Below are positions 23,936 through 36,834 of a DNA stretch of 64,000 bases, piece after piece. The notes under the pieces were generated by a model. It had not been told where the DNA came from, did no database searches, and saw nothing but the letters and a program-made list of their open reading frames with translations. The stretch is from Macrostomum lignano. Its lineage: Eukaryota. Location: contig NIVC01003782.1 in assembly GCA_002269645.1 (NCBI GenBank), positions 12,974-76,973 of the forward strand, given 5' to 3'. Every line of letters starts with the position of its first letter. Positions within the stretch are counted from its first letter, which is position 1. Both the position numbers and the translations under genes were made by a program.

Positions 23936-26900
23936 TGTTGACTTTAAAAACTTTGACTTTATTCGGGCCTATCCTTCCGCTATATCATACTTGCAGTTTT
24001 ATCTAGCTTAGGCCTTTCTTCTTTCTCCCTTTAGCCTGTGCAAAAAGAGGGCAAGAAAGAAACCATGGGATAAAGCGAATCTTACCCACTTAAACGTATT
24101 TCATGCATATCTACAGTTTCTGATCTGAGATCGAGCTAATGTAAAAAATTAAAATTCCAGTGCAGATTGAGTACGCACCATTAAAGGAATAAAACTATTT
24201 TAATCAAGTTTTATCTCTTAAAAGCGTTTATGCTTTTTGGCTACTGTAAGTAGCTAGCTAAGAACATTTATTTTTGCAGTCAAAAGAATAACTGTCTCAT
24301 GATCAGCACTCCATCTCTTGTATAGCTGTGCAATACAGCGGTCTGCCCTTTTCAGCTTTTCATCAAAAGTATTAAGGGCAAAAAACTTTTTTGGATAGCA
24401 AAATGGCAATGGAAAGTAATTTTCTAAGGAGAAACTAATCTAAAAAACTGTGCTAGCAACTGCGGGCGCCCTTAGGCAGCAGGGCGCGGAGTAGGGCGTA
24501 CTGTGTTTTCTAAAAAAAATATGGATTGAATAAGACGGTAATTTTAGGGCGAAATTTTATGTTCTTTGTGTGTTTAAATCTCAATAACAGCGAAATAAAG
24601 CATAAAGAAGGAAAACTTTTTTTGTGAAAATTCTGGGGGCGCCTTGTGAGCGTAGGTTGCCCACCGGCGCCCGACATTCTCTCCACCGGGTAGCTCCATC
24701 AAAAATGAGTAAGCCATCAGACAAGTAAACAAGTGATCGACTGCTTGCAGTCTACTGCATGTATGTCGATGTATTGAATTGAACTATAAATCAGTAAACA
24801 ATCCAAAGAAATGAAAACGACAAATGTGCTGTACATTCTCTGTTATTTTTCAAAACAAACCCCAGCCAGCTGAGAATAGCGACAAGACAGATCGAAAGAT
24901 ATACATGTAAGGCTGGATTCGACATCTAAAATGTTCCATGAGTCCTTTTAGGAGGCTCTGGGCAGAGGCGGATGATTCCATGCAAGCATCACGCAGCCAT
25001 GCAGTGAGGCAAACTTCAGCGCCGCTTAACAGTAGAAAGACCAGGCTATTTTTCCCCATGGGGAAAGACCATGGGGGTGTATTACAAATACACACAACCA
25101 ATTTCACCATAGCTCGCAAACCGAATAACCGATTTTCGTAAAAGTCCACCATTTGGATCAAAATTTCTGCCCTTTCCAACGAATTAACTTTCATAGTCAT
25201 CCGACCGACGTCAGCATCGTCGAGATATTCAACGATTCTTGTCGAAGACACTGGTGGCAAGGACAACCAATACTACACTGTATAAATATTTATAGTGAAT
25301 CCATATTGGCTCAATTATCTGGGTTCATCTGTTGTGGAGGCTGACCTAGGCTGACCTCTACAACTGATATGCATAGTTTGTTGAGCTGACGTGGTTTCAT
25401 GATGAGATTTTGTGAGCAGAAAAAATTTGCCAATGTTGGTGGTTTTTGTCACCAGACACCCCGAGGAGAATCGTTGAATATCTCGACGATGCCGATTTTT
25501 CGTGATTCTCAAAGTTGCTTCATCGAAAAGAGCGGAAAATTTTAGCCCGTGTTCAGGATTTTCATGGCAATTGGTTGAATATTTATGGAGATTCAGGCAA
25601 AGGAAAATGTGTGTATTTGAAATACACCCCATGGTCTTTCTACTGTTAAAGCTCTGCTGGCAGCTGAGGCGTGGGCAGGACTGCTCTAAATTTGGCTGGC
25701 TATTAAGAAAACAAACAGGCCAATTATTTTAAGCAGTAAGCTTTTTGGACAGTACGCTCGTACAACTCAGCTTGGCGTTGCTTCTTTCAGTTAACAAAGT
25801 ACAAAAGAGAAAGCGTACTTTGAGTACTCGTCGAAAGGTTTGTCCCAGTTGCGTCCACAGAATATAGACAGAATACCCGATCAGCCCTCTCGCAGAAAAA
25901 TCTGCCGTAAAAAGTAACTTGCATCCAATATACTAAAAATATTTAGCTACTTTTGTGGTGAAGAAAGATAGTAGTCACTTATACTTACGCGTATGCGGCT
26001 TAGAGTGGTTGTGCCATAGACGACTGAGACTGCGAGTACTGCGAGACAATGCGCTGCATATGGCAGCCTAATGGTGCCCAGTGATGCAGTGGTGGCGTCT
26101 GTTGCAGAAATGGAAGCGAGCTTTCAGGCAGCGCCGTCAGATAAATTCCACAAGCCGCGTGTTGGCGCCAGTGTTAGAGCTTTGTTTCTCAGTTCAGCTC
26201 GAAGTCTCATACGAACTCATTTTGATGAGCACAGCGAACTCTGTACTATTGGTTTAGCAACGCTGTACACCAATCTGAGGCTCCACCATTGGTGTAACAG
26301 TCAGCGAATTCTGGCGCAGAAGAGGTAAAGCGGACTTGTACCAGTGCTATTGAACTGGAGCAGCTAATGCATGTTGGAGTAAATTGGTGAATTGTTAATA
26401 ATAAGAATTAAATTATGTTTCAAATATGCTATTTGTGTCACATAAATGACTGGTGACAACACCTGCCGTTTTATTTCAATTTGGGCACTGCCAAACCCGC
26501 TAATTTTCAATTATGAAGCAATATCTAAGCTTATAGAAGCATACACAGAGTCTACATATATATATAGACTCCGCTTCACCACAAAAGTAGTTTGTTTGCA
26601 TATTAATTTCCAAACATCACGCGACAGCCGATCGGGCATTCTGTCTATATTCTGTGGTTTCGTCTGCCTTCCCTTGCTGGCACATGCTAAACCCTGTGTG
26701 ATCAACTGTTTTTACCAGATATTCAGTTTATCGATAGAATAATTTCATTTTAGCATGAAAAGGGTGCTGCTGATTGGTCAAGCAAGCTACTTTGATCGAT
26801 GATTTAAAAGACAGGCAGTCCTGAGCTGCTCTGACGCAGCACATTTAACTTTTATTCCCTAGTTTGACCCAATAGCAAGTTCTCTCCTCCTCTTTCTACG

Positions 26901-27190
26901 AGTACCATAACTCCTACTGCGCTCTCGTCCTCATTCAATAGAACTTGCATTGGCTCAATTCTCACCACCATTTAAGCCCGTGTTGCCTGCCTGACCCATA
27001 GCAAAGAGACATAGCCACAGCCAGTAGTTTATTGGCAGCAGTTGCTGTTAGCGTTTTAAGCTGTTAGCGTTACTAATAAAGAAGTCGAAACATTAGCTAG
27101 TAGGAAGAAAGTCAGTAAACTTAATATGTAGATACATTTTGAAGCAAGATGAAGCAAAATTGAACGATAAAATCGCAGTTCTGCCTCACT

Positions 27191-29718
27191 ATGAATGTTT
27201 CAGCACTGCCAACAGCAAAAGCAGAGTGCAAAAAATGGAAATCAGCGATTTTAATAGTCTTCTTTCTTTTATTTGCCTATGAAAGCTATGTACAGCTTTC
27301 GAGTTTGCTCATAAGTACAAATGGTAATAGAGCGATTCTCACCTTCCCGATCGACAGGATTTCCGACAAAGCAAGCGATCTGCAACCGTCGCCAACCGTT
27401 TGCACCAACCAGAGTTGCCGTCAGGCCATTTGCATGGCTTCCCGCGATGGCTTCCCGATACCGAAAGTTCGGCACATTCTCTGGCGCAGTGAGTCCGTGT
27501 CGAAATACTTTGCAGAGCACCTGAAATCCTGGCAAAGAATTCATCCCGACTGGACCTACGTCCTGTGGCGCGACCAGGACCTGGAGCCATTCGTGGCGGC
27601 GAACTTCCCTGAACTGCTGGACAAGTTCAGGACACTGAAGCTGAAAATCATGCGGGTTGACATGATTCGCTACATGCTTCTGTTCAAGGTTTGACAAATG
27701 TTTTGTGATTAAAAACGCTGAGAAAACTCTCTCTAACCTCGAGTCTATTCAAAGCATCAAAACTTTGAAAAGATGAAAAATCCTTCAAAAATGCTTCAAT
27801 GTCGGAGCTGTTATAAATACAATATGAATATATATTGCATGCACGATAAGCAATTATTTAGGCCCTAGACAAACCTACTTGGAGCGTTCGGAGATTTTAA
27901 AGCTATTGGCCCTAATTGCCTATCGCCGGTCGGCGAGTCCTACCAGTCTTTCTCCAATAGTCACAGTACGGTACAAGAAAAGGAAGAACACAGGTGAACA
28001 CGAACCGGAAGATTTAGAGAGTGATAATCCTATATCATACAGACTGATAATTGGCTAGACGATTTAATTTGATTACTTCAAGTTACAAACTTCAAAGCAA
28101 TTCGCGGCGCAGATAATTTTGAACTGATAATAGCGGAAAATGATAACGAGACAAACGATTAATAATAATAACTTAGTTACGCAATGGCAAGCAGATCTCA
28201 GCTGAGGAAGAAGAGGAACCGAACACAGGACCACGGAGAAGACTCCTAACCCCTGGCCTAAACCAGAACCTACACTCAAACGAGAGCCCTGCCGAATTTA
28301 CCGTTCAACGGAGCACTGACTAAGTTCTATCAGCACTGCCCTTCAGTGTGACACTGAGGCCCTCAGGATCGAGGCCACGTACTTGGTCAAATCCGACAGT
28401 CTCTAACTAGACCGCGCTTAATAGCGACGACTGCAGACAGAAATTTGCCGTATCGTTACGCTACAAGACTGAAGCGGTCGGGCAGGGGACAAAAAATATG
28501 GACCGGGGTGATGAACTCAAGCGCCTCAAAGTGCGAACCAAAACAGTCGGGCAAACGGCCGGGAAGCTGGACAAAACCAAGAACCGGGGAAAGAAGGCGA
28601 GATCCGATTGCCAAACACCCTTTCATATACATGTATAGTCAGAGTCAAACCCTCACAACCCCCCTCAAGCCGGGTGGTGGTCGTCTGGCCGGCCGCCCGC
28701 TAAGCCGAATTGCACTGTGCCCGCGGCGCCGGGTAGACTTGGAACTTGCCGCGTGCCAGGGTCCAGGCCGATCTTGATTGGCTGGCCGCGCAAAGCTGGG
28801 GTTCGCAGAAAAAACTCAACCCTCCGCTGAGTCACAAATGGCGTCTGACTTCTAGCCTGTTTACGCAAAATAAACCCTAACTAACAAGAAAAAGTACACC
28901 AAAAAACGCATGACTAAACTAAAGCAAAATAATAATTCAATAACAATATAGAAACTAACACAATCAATTAACTAACAAAATACACGCAAAAGATGCTCAC
29001 ACTACAGAGCAAACAACCTTTCGAATCCCCGCAGCTCGGCGGCACGTACGCGGACCTGGACTACAGCCTGACTCGAAACCTGGACGAGTTTCGTCGTTTC
29101 TACGCGGTGGTCACTCGCGAGCCGGAGCCGCACTAGCTGCAGCTGTTCGGACCTCACTGGCCCATAAGACCCTTAGCCAGTCCCGCCTTCCTCATGTCTG
29201 CACCAGGGCACAAGTTCTACAGATTCGTGCTCGACCAGCTGTCTCTCATTCGGCCGAACTGGGACATTCTCGGTTTTGCTGGACCAGTTGGACTGACCAG
29301 AATCTTGCAGCGGTACGAGGCCAAGCATCCGCTGACAAACGACACGATGGAAGCGGTGTACGTGCCGCCATCGTTCAGCTTTTATCCGTACGAGAACAAC
29401 TCGTTGAGCGGCGTTTCGAAAATGTTTCAAAACTATCGACTGTCCAAGATGAGCATTAGCTGCAGGAAGCTGAACGACACCAAAGACCCCAACATGCAGC
29501 TTCTCAGAACGGTGAAGAACCTGACGCAGTTGTGCTCAAACATCACTAATTACAACCCGGTCACAGACTCGTCACCAACTGTGTACGCCATTCACGACAT
29601 GCGGAAGAGCGGCACGAGCTGGGGTGGAGTTCTGGGACGGGAGTACTTCTCTGAGCAGATCGATTTTGTTCAAGTCGTAAAAGGCATTATACTTGGTGCT
29701 AATTTTACGGCAGTTTAA
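27191..29718 (+). pseudogene. DXD glycosyltransferase (GT32/Gly_transf_sug, OCH1/MIPC-synthase-like), 2 exons (27191-27688, 29035-29718), in-frame TAG at 29134-29136
   Basis: Type II TM anchor, IPKVRHILW, SWQRIHPDWTYVLWRD, MRVDMIRYMLLFK|LGGTYADLD (DXD), AFLMSAPGHKF, FAGPVGLT. Phase-0 GT donor at 27689 and CAG acceptor at 29032-29034. Confidence 0.85.
28448..28870 (-). mobile_element. Possible LTR-retroelement fragment in the glycosyltransferase intron
   Basis: On the minus strand a purine tract GAGGGGGG directly precedes TGT (~28657), like a PPT-3'LTR junction. No pol motifs. Confidence 0.28.
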
Positions 29719-31639
29719 AAATCCTTGATATTCCAACGTATCAGTTTTTTCGTCTAATTGCAATGATTTCATCTGTACTTCATCTGCACCAGAGGATGTA
29801 TTTCAGGATGAGTTCTTGGACAGAAAGAAGCAGAAAATTATATTGAATTTTTCTCAGTAGGAAATTTGTACTAGAAGAACTAGGCCTATCAGATAATTTA
29901 TTGAGAATTCAATAAACGATAAATAATAAACAACTCAATACACAAAATTTATGGAAGAACACTTGAACACTCCAGAAAGCAAAATATCAACACAATTATT
30001 TATGAGAGCACGAAAGCTTTATTGAAGTTATTATCAGCAAAAGGAGCTATATATTTTTGTTGCTTTGATCATTGATGGTTTCATCTTTTAAAGCGTCGTT
30101 TTCATAAGATAATTGCAATGAATGCATAAAAGTTCTAATAAAACGAAAAAATTGCATGTTGAACAAAGACAAGAATTCAGTTTTGATGTGCAGGCAAAAA
30201 TTCTACTGTAAACAACGGATCGATACATTATACGCTCATACATTGGTTACGTACTTACGCATCCTACATGTAGTTGCTATACATGTACTAGGATAACGAG
30301 CATACAGAAAGGCCAATGATTTAAAAGTGAGCGCTTATAGTTAGATGCTTAATATTGACACAATTTCTTGAAGATTAAAGCATTTATAGGTCTGGAGATC
30401 TGAAACAAACGTAATAGACTACAGAATGCAGTGCAGATTCTGTGCATCGATTAGTGAACGGTTAAATATTTGCGGTTGTGCGAGAGAAAAACTAGCTGTA
30501 TAGGCTAAGATTAACAAAAATCTAAATAGCTGATAAAACCGTAAAAAATTCGAAAAATCTTACGATAGCAGAGTCGTACATGAAAAGTTTCTAACACGGT
30601 AGTGTAACGACAAGCACTCCTATAGTTCTGTATTTTTCGCGTAGGGCCAGCCTTTAAAGTTACTTTACTTTATGAAAGTCGTCTTTGTTGAAACTATATG
30701 AGCCTTTTTTGTTGCTGATCGTGTCGCAAGCATCTATCATCAATGGATCTAATAAAAAAGCTATTAAGAGCCTGTTTCTCTACACGTAACCAAGTTATAA
30801 ACATTTTTGCCAGAAATATCGATAAACTAAGTTGAGAGCTTTATTAAATTGTCCGTTTTGAAACTGAGCAATGTAGTTAAATCGTCCAACAACTCTATCA
30901 AAACTTCCCTTTCTGATCGTGAAGCATTAAAATATTTGGAAAAGTTTTTCGATCCACTACTGAACACTTTATTGCTTCGATGTGGTTACTTTTACCTCAC
31001 CAAACTCTGAAGCATAGCGTGAATCTCTCGAGTTTGATCTTCGACAGCTTTAATTCGCTGGCTCGTCAGATCATCCGCCGGCGCTCCTTGACGAGCTTCT
31101 TGTAGTTCTGTGCGCACGTCGGCGAGCTGAGCTCCTGTAGCCTCGGTGGGCTCGGCCAGCTCGTCCTGCTGGTTGTTCGAACCGAAGTTGGACAACAGAA
31201 GGCGAGGTCGAATTCGACGTAATTGATTAGCCTGGAACTCTAGAAACTTCCTGTAGTTCTCTGGATATTTACTTTCGTCTTGCCACCAGTGCGCTTTCTG
31301 TAAAAATCCCCGCGAAAGTCACTTTTATATTATATAATACTTCTTAAAACTAAAAATGCGAAGTTTTTAGAACACGAGAGTTCTTAGTGGTCAGCAACAT
31401 GAGGGTTCCGTCAATTGTTGAACTAGACTCGCTTTTAAGCTCCTGGGCCAAACTTGAGTTTCGATCTTAAAGACTCAACGCTTACTATTGAGGCGACGCA
31501 TCAAGTTGTCCCTCTGTTGAAATCTCTGAGTTGGCAAGAATTTAATTCCTGTATTCTTTGACGGCGGAAAAGACATTGCTGCTGCGGAGGACAGAGGCTC
31601 TAGTAGAGTGCCATGCTTCTCACTTAAGTGCCGGTCTGG

Positions 31640-31870
31640 CCTAAAATTGGTTGAAGAGACTGCAGATAAGCAGAATTACTGCACGACGGATCGAGAGTTC
31701 CTTGCCATCGTGAGGGCTGTCAAACCGTTACGAGTGTACATGTATTTGGCCAGTATACCGTTTGACTTTATCACAGACCACTGACCGCTGCTGACCTACC
31801 TGAACAATTTAGACATACAATTCAGATCCTCGGGGCAGACGCGGTCGCTGGGTAGAACAACAGAATACGC
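31640..31870 (+). pseudogene. Ty3/Gypsy pol RNase H remnant
   Basis: QNYCTTDREFLAIVRAVK..VY..PFDFITDH*PLL..GR..RWVEQ matches the NYS..E.ELLA+..A+..F..YL..TDH.PL...RW motif series. Confidence 0.75.
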
Positions 31871-31982
31871 AGTTAGCGTCACACGGCGCGTTTTAGGCCC
31901 AGGTCGCGAACGAACACGACGCAGCCGGCCAAATCTGGGGCGGTCAGCAGGCAGTCGACGAAACGCCGAGTGGGAAACGCCC

Positions 31983-32440
31983 TCACCGGTAGGGTGCCTG
32001 CAGCGTCAGCAACAGCACCTCCTGCACCGGTCGTGGACACTCGGCGCGGATGATATGGCCTGCCAGCTGGAGTCGCCGACGGCGAAAAAGGTCGCTTGGA
32101 CGAACCAGGCCAGCGCGGTAATACAATTCCGCGTTGGTCACTCGCTCGTAGCCGATCTTGAAGGCGGCGCGTAGCAGGCCAGCGTGCGCCACGTTAACTT
32201 ATTGCTCGAGAGAATCCGTCAGCGTCCAGGTCTCGGCGTTGTACAACAGGATGGTCTCGACCACCGTCTGGAACAATGCCGCCCTCTGGCGGTCATGTGG
32301 GCCTCGAACTGCAGGACTGCGCCCTCGCAGAACGGAAGGCAGCCGGCGCATGGACAAGCCCGGGCGCGACGCCGCGAATCTTCGCGGACTCCGGGAACCA
32401 GACCGCTAAGGTTGACGAACTGCTGCGCTGGGTACTAGAG
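31983..32440 (-). pseudogene. RTE-clade non-LTR retrotransposon 3' RT remnant
   Basis: ALFQTVVETILLYNAETWTLTD..HAGLLRAAFKI..RVTNAELY..RRRRLQLAGHIIR. Confidence 0.85.
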
Positions 32441-34635
32441 CACATTCGTTTTCAAGCTGTGGGCCGTTCCAGTTTTTATATATTTAGAGGGCCCCTCGCC
32501 CCAACTTAGCCATACGCGTATGGAGGTCGTGTGCAGAGGGGAGTGTTAAGAAAGGGTGACTCTTATTATACTGGGTATGCGCTTATTTCTACTTCACTTC
32601 GTCATAAAATCAATTAAATCGGAAGACGCTTCTTAAAATATTTCTTCGGAATTCACTAATAGATTTCTCAACTAACCGTTAAGGTTGCAGGCTCATTCAA
32701 AGCTCGAACGAGCATGCTTCTCCTCGCCCAAAATCCGCGTCTATTTATACTAAAATTTCAGTTCATTTAAAACAAGAAGTTGAATTGCGAAATGCAAAAT
32801 ATTTTGAGAAATACGAGTATTAAAACAAATGTTTTCTAACACCAGGAATTTTAAAATGGCATAGAAAGTTAGACTTTCAAGTAAAAATAAAGAATAAAAA
32901 GAGGCCTTTTACAGCTGTATCGCACTCATGGTGAATCAATAATATTAACATTATTATTGGTTAATCACAATAAATTTGAGGACTGGGGGTTTAGACTTGG
33001 TTGCTGGCGGTCGATTTCGTTCGCTTTTGGGTCGATTCAAACAAACTCGGGCGAAAATCTCTGCTTGCAGATAAATTAGGGGGAGCTCCGGCTGCTGAGT
33101 TCCTCAAGCTCCAGGGGGAGGGTAGCTGTAGTCGCGGCTGAGCGGAGCGTACAGGTAGGGTCCCCTCGTATTTTGCGCTCCAAAAGAGTCTGCTATAGGG
33201 TCCTACACGGTTGGGATATACATGTACATGTAGGGTCCAAACAAGAGTCGGGGCTTCCAAGACGTCGAGAGTCTAGCCGAGAGAGGAGGGGCGCAGACTC
33301 TAGCTTAAATATAGCTCTCATGAGCCAGCGGGAGGAAAAGGGGTTACCCCGGGTGGGAAGAGCATTACACGCAAATGAAAAGATCGAGTAGACCGGGTGG
33401 TGATCATTAAACACCGGGTGTATCCCTATTTAGAGCACATTAAAACAAAAGTTAACGGGGAGTGGTCCAGCCCGAAATACACTAGAAGAAAAAGGATTTC
33501 TACACAGGGAAATGACGTAAAACTGCGCGATCCGCACGGGGAAAAAGAAGCGTTACTCTCAGTGGAAGGAGTGGAGGCCTCGCCTACTACCACAATAATA
33601 ACACTATTCTTATTGGTCAATAACAATCAATAGTTACGCTCGTATTAATTGATCCACATCAGCCGCAGTCGGGTTGCAAAGTTGTAAAGCCGGAGAAAGA
33701 ATTTCAGCATGCAGTCAGTAGCGATTTTTGTCATGCTACCGTTAGGCAACCTACCAGAGACCGGCATAAACTGTGCCTCCCAAGAAGCAACGATTGGACT
33801 GTACGTGACAGTCGGTCTGTTGCTGAGGAGCTGCTCGCTGATATCGTCTGCTGACATAATTGCTGGAGTTTTGCAGTTCTGGAGTCTATCTGAAGCGCTG
33901 ATTTAAGATAGATGTCAAAAGATCGAGCCGCGTGTGGTATATATGGTGTAATGTATATGGTATGTATCTCTGGATTTATTTGAAAAAAATCCAACTCCAA
34001 GAAAATAACTTCTGCTTTCTTTCTGTATAATTCTGCTTGTTTCCTATCCAATAAGCAGAAATTATTTTTGCTATATTTGCTATATTTGGCTGAGCGATGC
34101 TATATTTTCTATTTATGTGTGCATTGAGCCGGTGCAGTGAGACATTTATGTCCCCGCAGTCGGGTTCCAGAACAATAGATAATAGCATGCTAAGTGTATC
34201 ACTTACTTCGAACATAAGTGTATCACATACTTCGAAAATGTAATGAGCTCTTCATGAGCGAGCAAAGAGGGGAATGCCACGGCTGTTCTGTGGCACAGCG
34301 TATGGCTTCTAGCAGTAGTAAAAATAGAAAATTGTACTGTTTTTCTATTTTCAAATCTTTTACATTGTACTGCTTGCTGTAATTCACTTACTCTAATATT
34401 CTATAAGCATTCTGAGTCCGATGTTGTCCGGTGAAATATCGGACAGGTGCTGTAATCTGGGACCAAAGAAACAACAGAAGCAGAACAAACGGCACTTTTC
34501 AACATTAGTCGCCACCCTTCTCAATGCAGCGTTGCCATCTCAACTGCCACTTGTTGAAGGCCTCAGCTTACAGGTTTGCGGACATGGAGTTGGTGACAGT
34601 AGAAGGCATGAGGGGGCTTCTGGGACAAAATTTTT

Positions 34636-34855
34636 CACCTCCTCCATAATCCCATTAAATCCATCTATATTATCCCTGACAGAATCAGAAAAAAGGGGGG
34701 TCGCACTCGCTCACAAAACGTCCTCCATAATCCCATTAAATCCATCCATATTATCCCCGACAGAATCATGAAAAAGTGGAGGGGTCGCACTTGCTCCGAA
34801 AACTTCGAACATAATCCCATTAAATCCATCCATATTATCCCTGACAGAATCAGAG
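34636..34855. repeat. Three ~50-bp direct repeats with related spacers
   Basis: CATAATCCCATTAAATCCATC.ATATTATCCC.GACAGAATCA at ~34645, ~34726 and ~34810. Confidence 0.85.
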
Positions 34856-35325
34856 CGTAACAGGTGTCCACTAACACCTGTTATGCTCACTGACACAGAC
34901 ATAATCCACCAACATCCACCCATAGCATCTTCGAAACAATCAGAAAATAATCTGCATTCTTCTCCCTACATTCAATTCGCAACACGAAACCAGATCCCTA
35001 AAACTTTAAACCCCCTAACCCAGGGTCCTTACCCTTTGAAAAAAAATCTAAATTCTCAATAAAAATGTTTCCATTTGTCTCTCCAGGTTCTTATTACAAA
35101 GCGCACGAGCCCAACTACAAATTCAAGTTGGTATGATGCAAACTAGAATGCAGCGAGTACATGAGAAAATATTGGCCCGACGTTGATATCAATGTCCCTA
35201 ATATTAATCTAGCTCTCCAAAGACACTGGTTTCTTAAATACGGAGTATAGTCATTAATGATTTTAACAGCTATTATAACTTTGCTGAAGTCATAAGACAG
35301 TTGTAGTTGGCAACTACGCTCGTAC

Positions 35326-35441
35326 AAGGTTGTACCCTGTAGAGTGCAGACGCAAGATCTAAAAATAAAACCCACAAGGCATGGGAAACTAAAAGGTTGT
35401 ACCCTGTAGAGTGTAGACGTAAGATCTAAAAATAAAACCCA
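35326..35441. repeat. Two ~48-bp direct repeats upstream of the orphan ORF pair
   Basis: AAGGTTGTACCCTGTAGAGTG.AGACG.AAGATCTAAAAATAAAACCCA occurs twice. Confidence 0.85.
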
Positions 35442-35640
35442 TGCCATGCGGGTTTCCCTTCTAGAAGGGAATATTGTGTATTCTGGTATTCTAGAATATT
35501 CTGGATATCCGATAGATAATATTCAGGGATTTCCGAGTACTACCGTATACCACCAAATGTATAAAAACAACCGATTCACACCGCACCTCGCCCCGCAAGT
35601 CAAACCGAAACTTTCTTCAATAAAAGGAATACTTTTTATC

Positions 35641-35949
35641 ATGGCCATGTCAAAAGAGACAAGAATTGCAACGATTACTGAACTGGCGGTCACGCTGTCA
35701 TCTAAAGAAAGGTCGGCAATGGGAAGCAGACTGAGCAGCTGGAAAGAAGAAGAGTTGGTAAGGTTTCAGGAGAGATTGGAAAAGCTTGAAGGTATTCCGG
35801 ATAAGAAGAGGGCGCTTCCCAAGAAAAAGGAAGAGAGCGAGCGAGAGAGAGTTATTGCGAGGATATACGCGAAGCTGGAAGAGAATGAGAGTCGTGGTGT
35901 AATGTTGTCTCTGGGTGCAATTTCCGAGGTCTCAACTTGGTCGCCATGA
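35641..35949 (+). CDS. Intronless charged, helical orphan protein (102 aa), virus/transposon-like
   Basis: ATG at 35641 in ORF 35446..35949; its TGA overlaps the next ATG (ATGA at 35946-35949). Confidence 0.5.
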   Translation: MAMSKETRIATITELAVTLSSKERSAMGSRLSSWKEEELVRFQERLEKLEGIPDKKRALPKKKEESERERVIARIYAKLEENESRGVMLSLGAISEVSTWSP

Positions 35950-36506
35950 ATTTGAATGGAACGACAAAGGTAGACTTGGAAGCGAGGTTTAAGAAGCTGA
36001 CCTATTCTATCGAGAACCTGTCAACTGCGAAGGCCATGATGCAGTTTGAGCAGGGGCGCTTAATTCAAGTTTTGGTCTACAAGCACAAAATGAATGTGGA
36101 AGAGCTCGCCAACACTTTCAACATCAGCAAGCGAACAGTGGGAGACTACGACAAATTTTACTCTCTCTGTATCATGTACCCAGGTCTAATATTTTCAAGT
36201 TACACAATGGGAACCCTGCTTCGCTACAAATCGGCGATTGAAGACAAGGCGAAAATCGATGAACGCTTTGCGGGCTTATTGAAGATGCAAATCGAGGGTA
36301 TTTCCCTGGATGAACAATATGAGAAGGATGTCAGGTGTTGGTATGAAGAAAGTAAGTACATAACATTTTTTGTTACAAATTCTGAAAGAATGTTTGTACA
36401 AACAAACAATACAAGTCGAATAAACAATTTTTTAGGCATAGAAGAAGACGAAGCGGCCGAAGAAGAAGACAAAGATGAAGAGAAGATGAAGAAAGTAAAT
36501 ACATAA
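35946..36506 (+). CDS. Helix-turn-helix-containing orphan protein (~186 aa) with acidic tail
   Basis: MNVEELANTFNISKRTVGDY fits an HTH pattern, followed by FYSLCIMYPGL. The tail is partly made by a local duplication (36350-36455 / 36492-36590). Confidence 0.55.
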   Translation: MNLNGTTKVDLEARFKKLTYSIENLSTAKAMMQFEQGRLIQVLVYKHKMNVEELANTFNISKRTVGDYDKFYSLCIMYPGLIFSSYTMGTLLRYKSAIEDKAKIDERFAGLLKMQIEGISLDEQYEKDVRCWYEESKYITFFVTNSERMFVQTNNTSRINNFLGIEEDEAAEEEDKDEEKMKKVNT

Positions 36507-36834
36507 CATTTTTGTTACAAATTCTGAAAAAAACAAACAATACAAGTCGAATAAACAATTTTTTTAGGCATAGAAGAAGACGAAGCGACCACAACGGAGG
36601 TCTTGAACTGATGAAGACGAAGTACTGACTATGAATGATTATTCTCTACGTTAAACAGTGATGGCTTTTACTTCACATTTTTCAGCGTATTCTGTGTGTT
36701 AAAATACTCGTAATATACTCTTATTTGTACTGGCAAGTTTCTTTCGTCTACAGTAGTCCTTTAAGCTGTCTATTGGTTGAAGCAAATATATCTTTTAAAG
36801 CGCACGAAAGTGGCTCTTATTGGTTACATTAATT

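Noticed and set aside
30992-31195. Short coiled-coil ORF as gag N-terminus of the neighbouring Gypsy remnant
   Set aside because: Opposite strand to the RNase H remnant and no diagnostic motif.
34636-34855. CRISPR-like repeat-spacer pattern
   Set aside because: The spacers are homologous to each other, the context is eukaryotic and there are no cas genes; it is a diverged tandem repeat.
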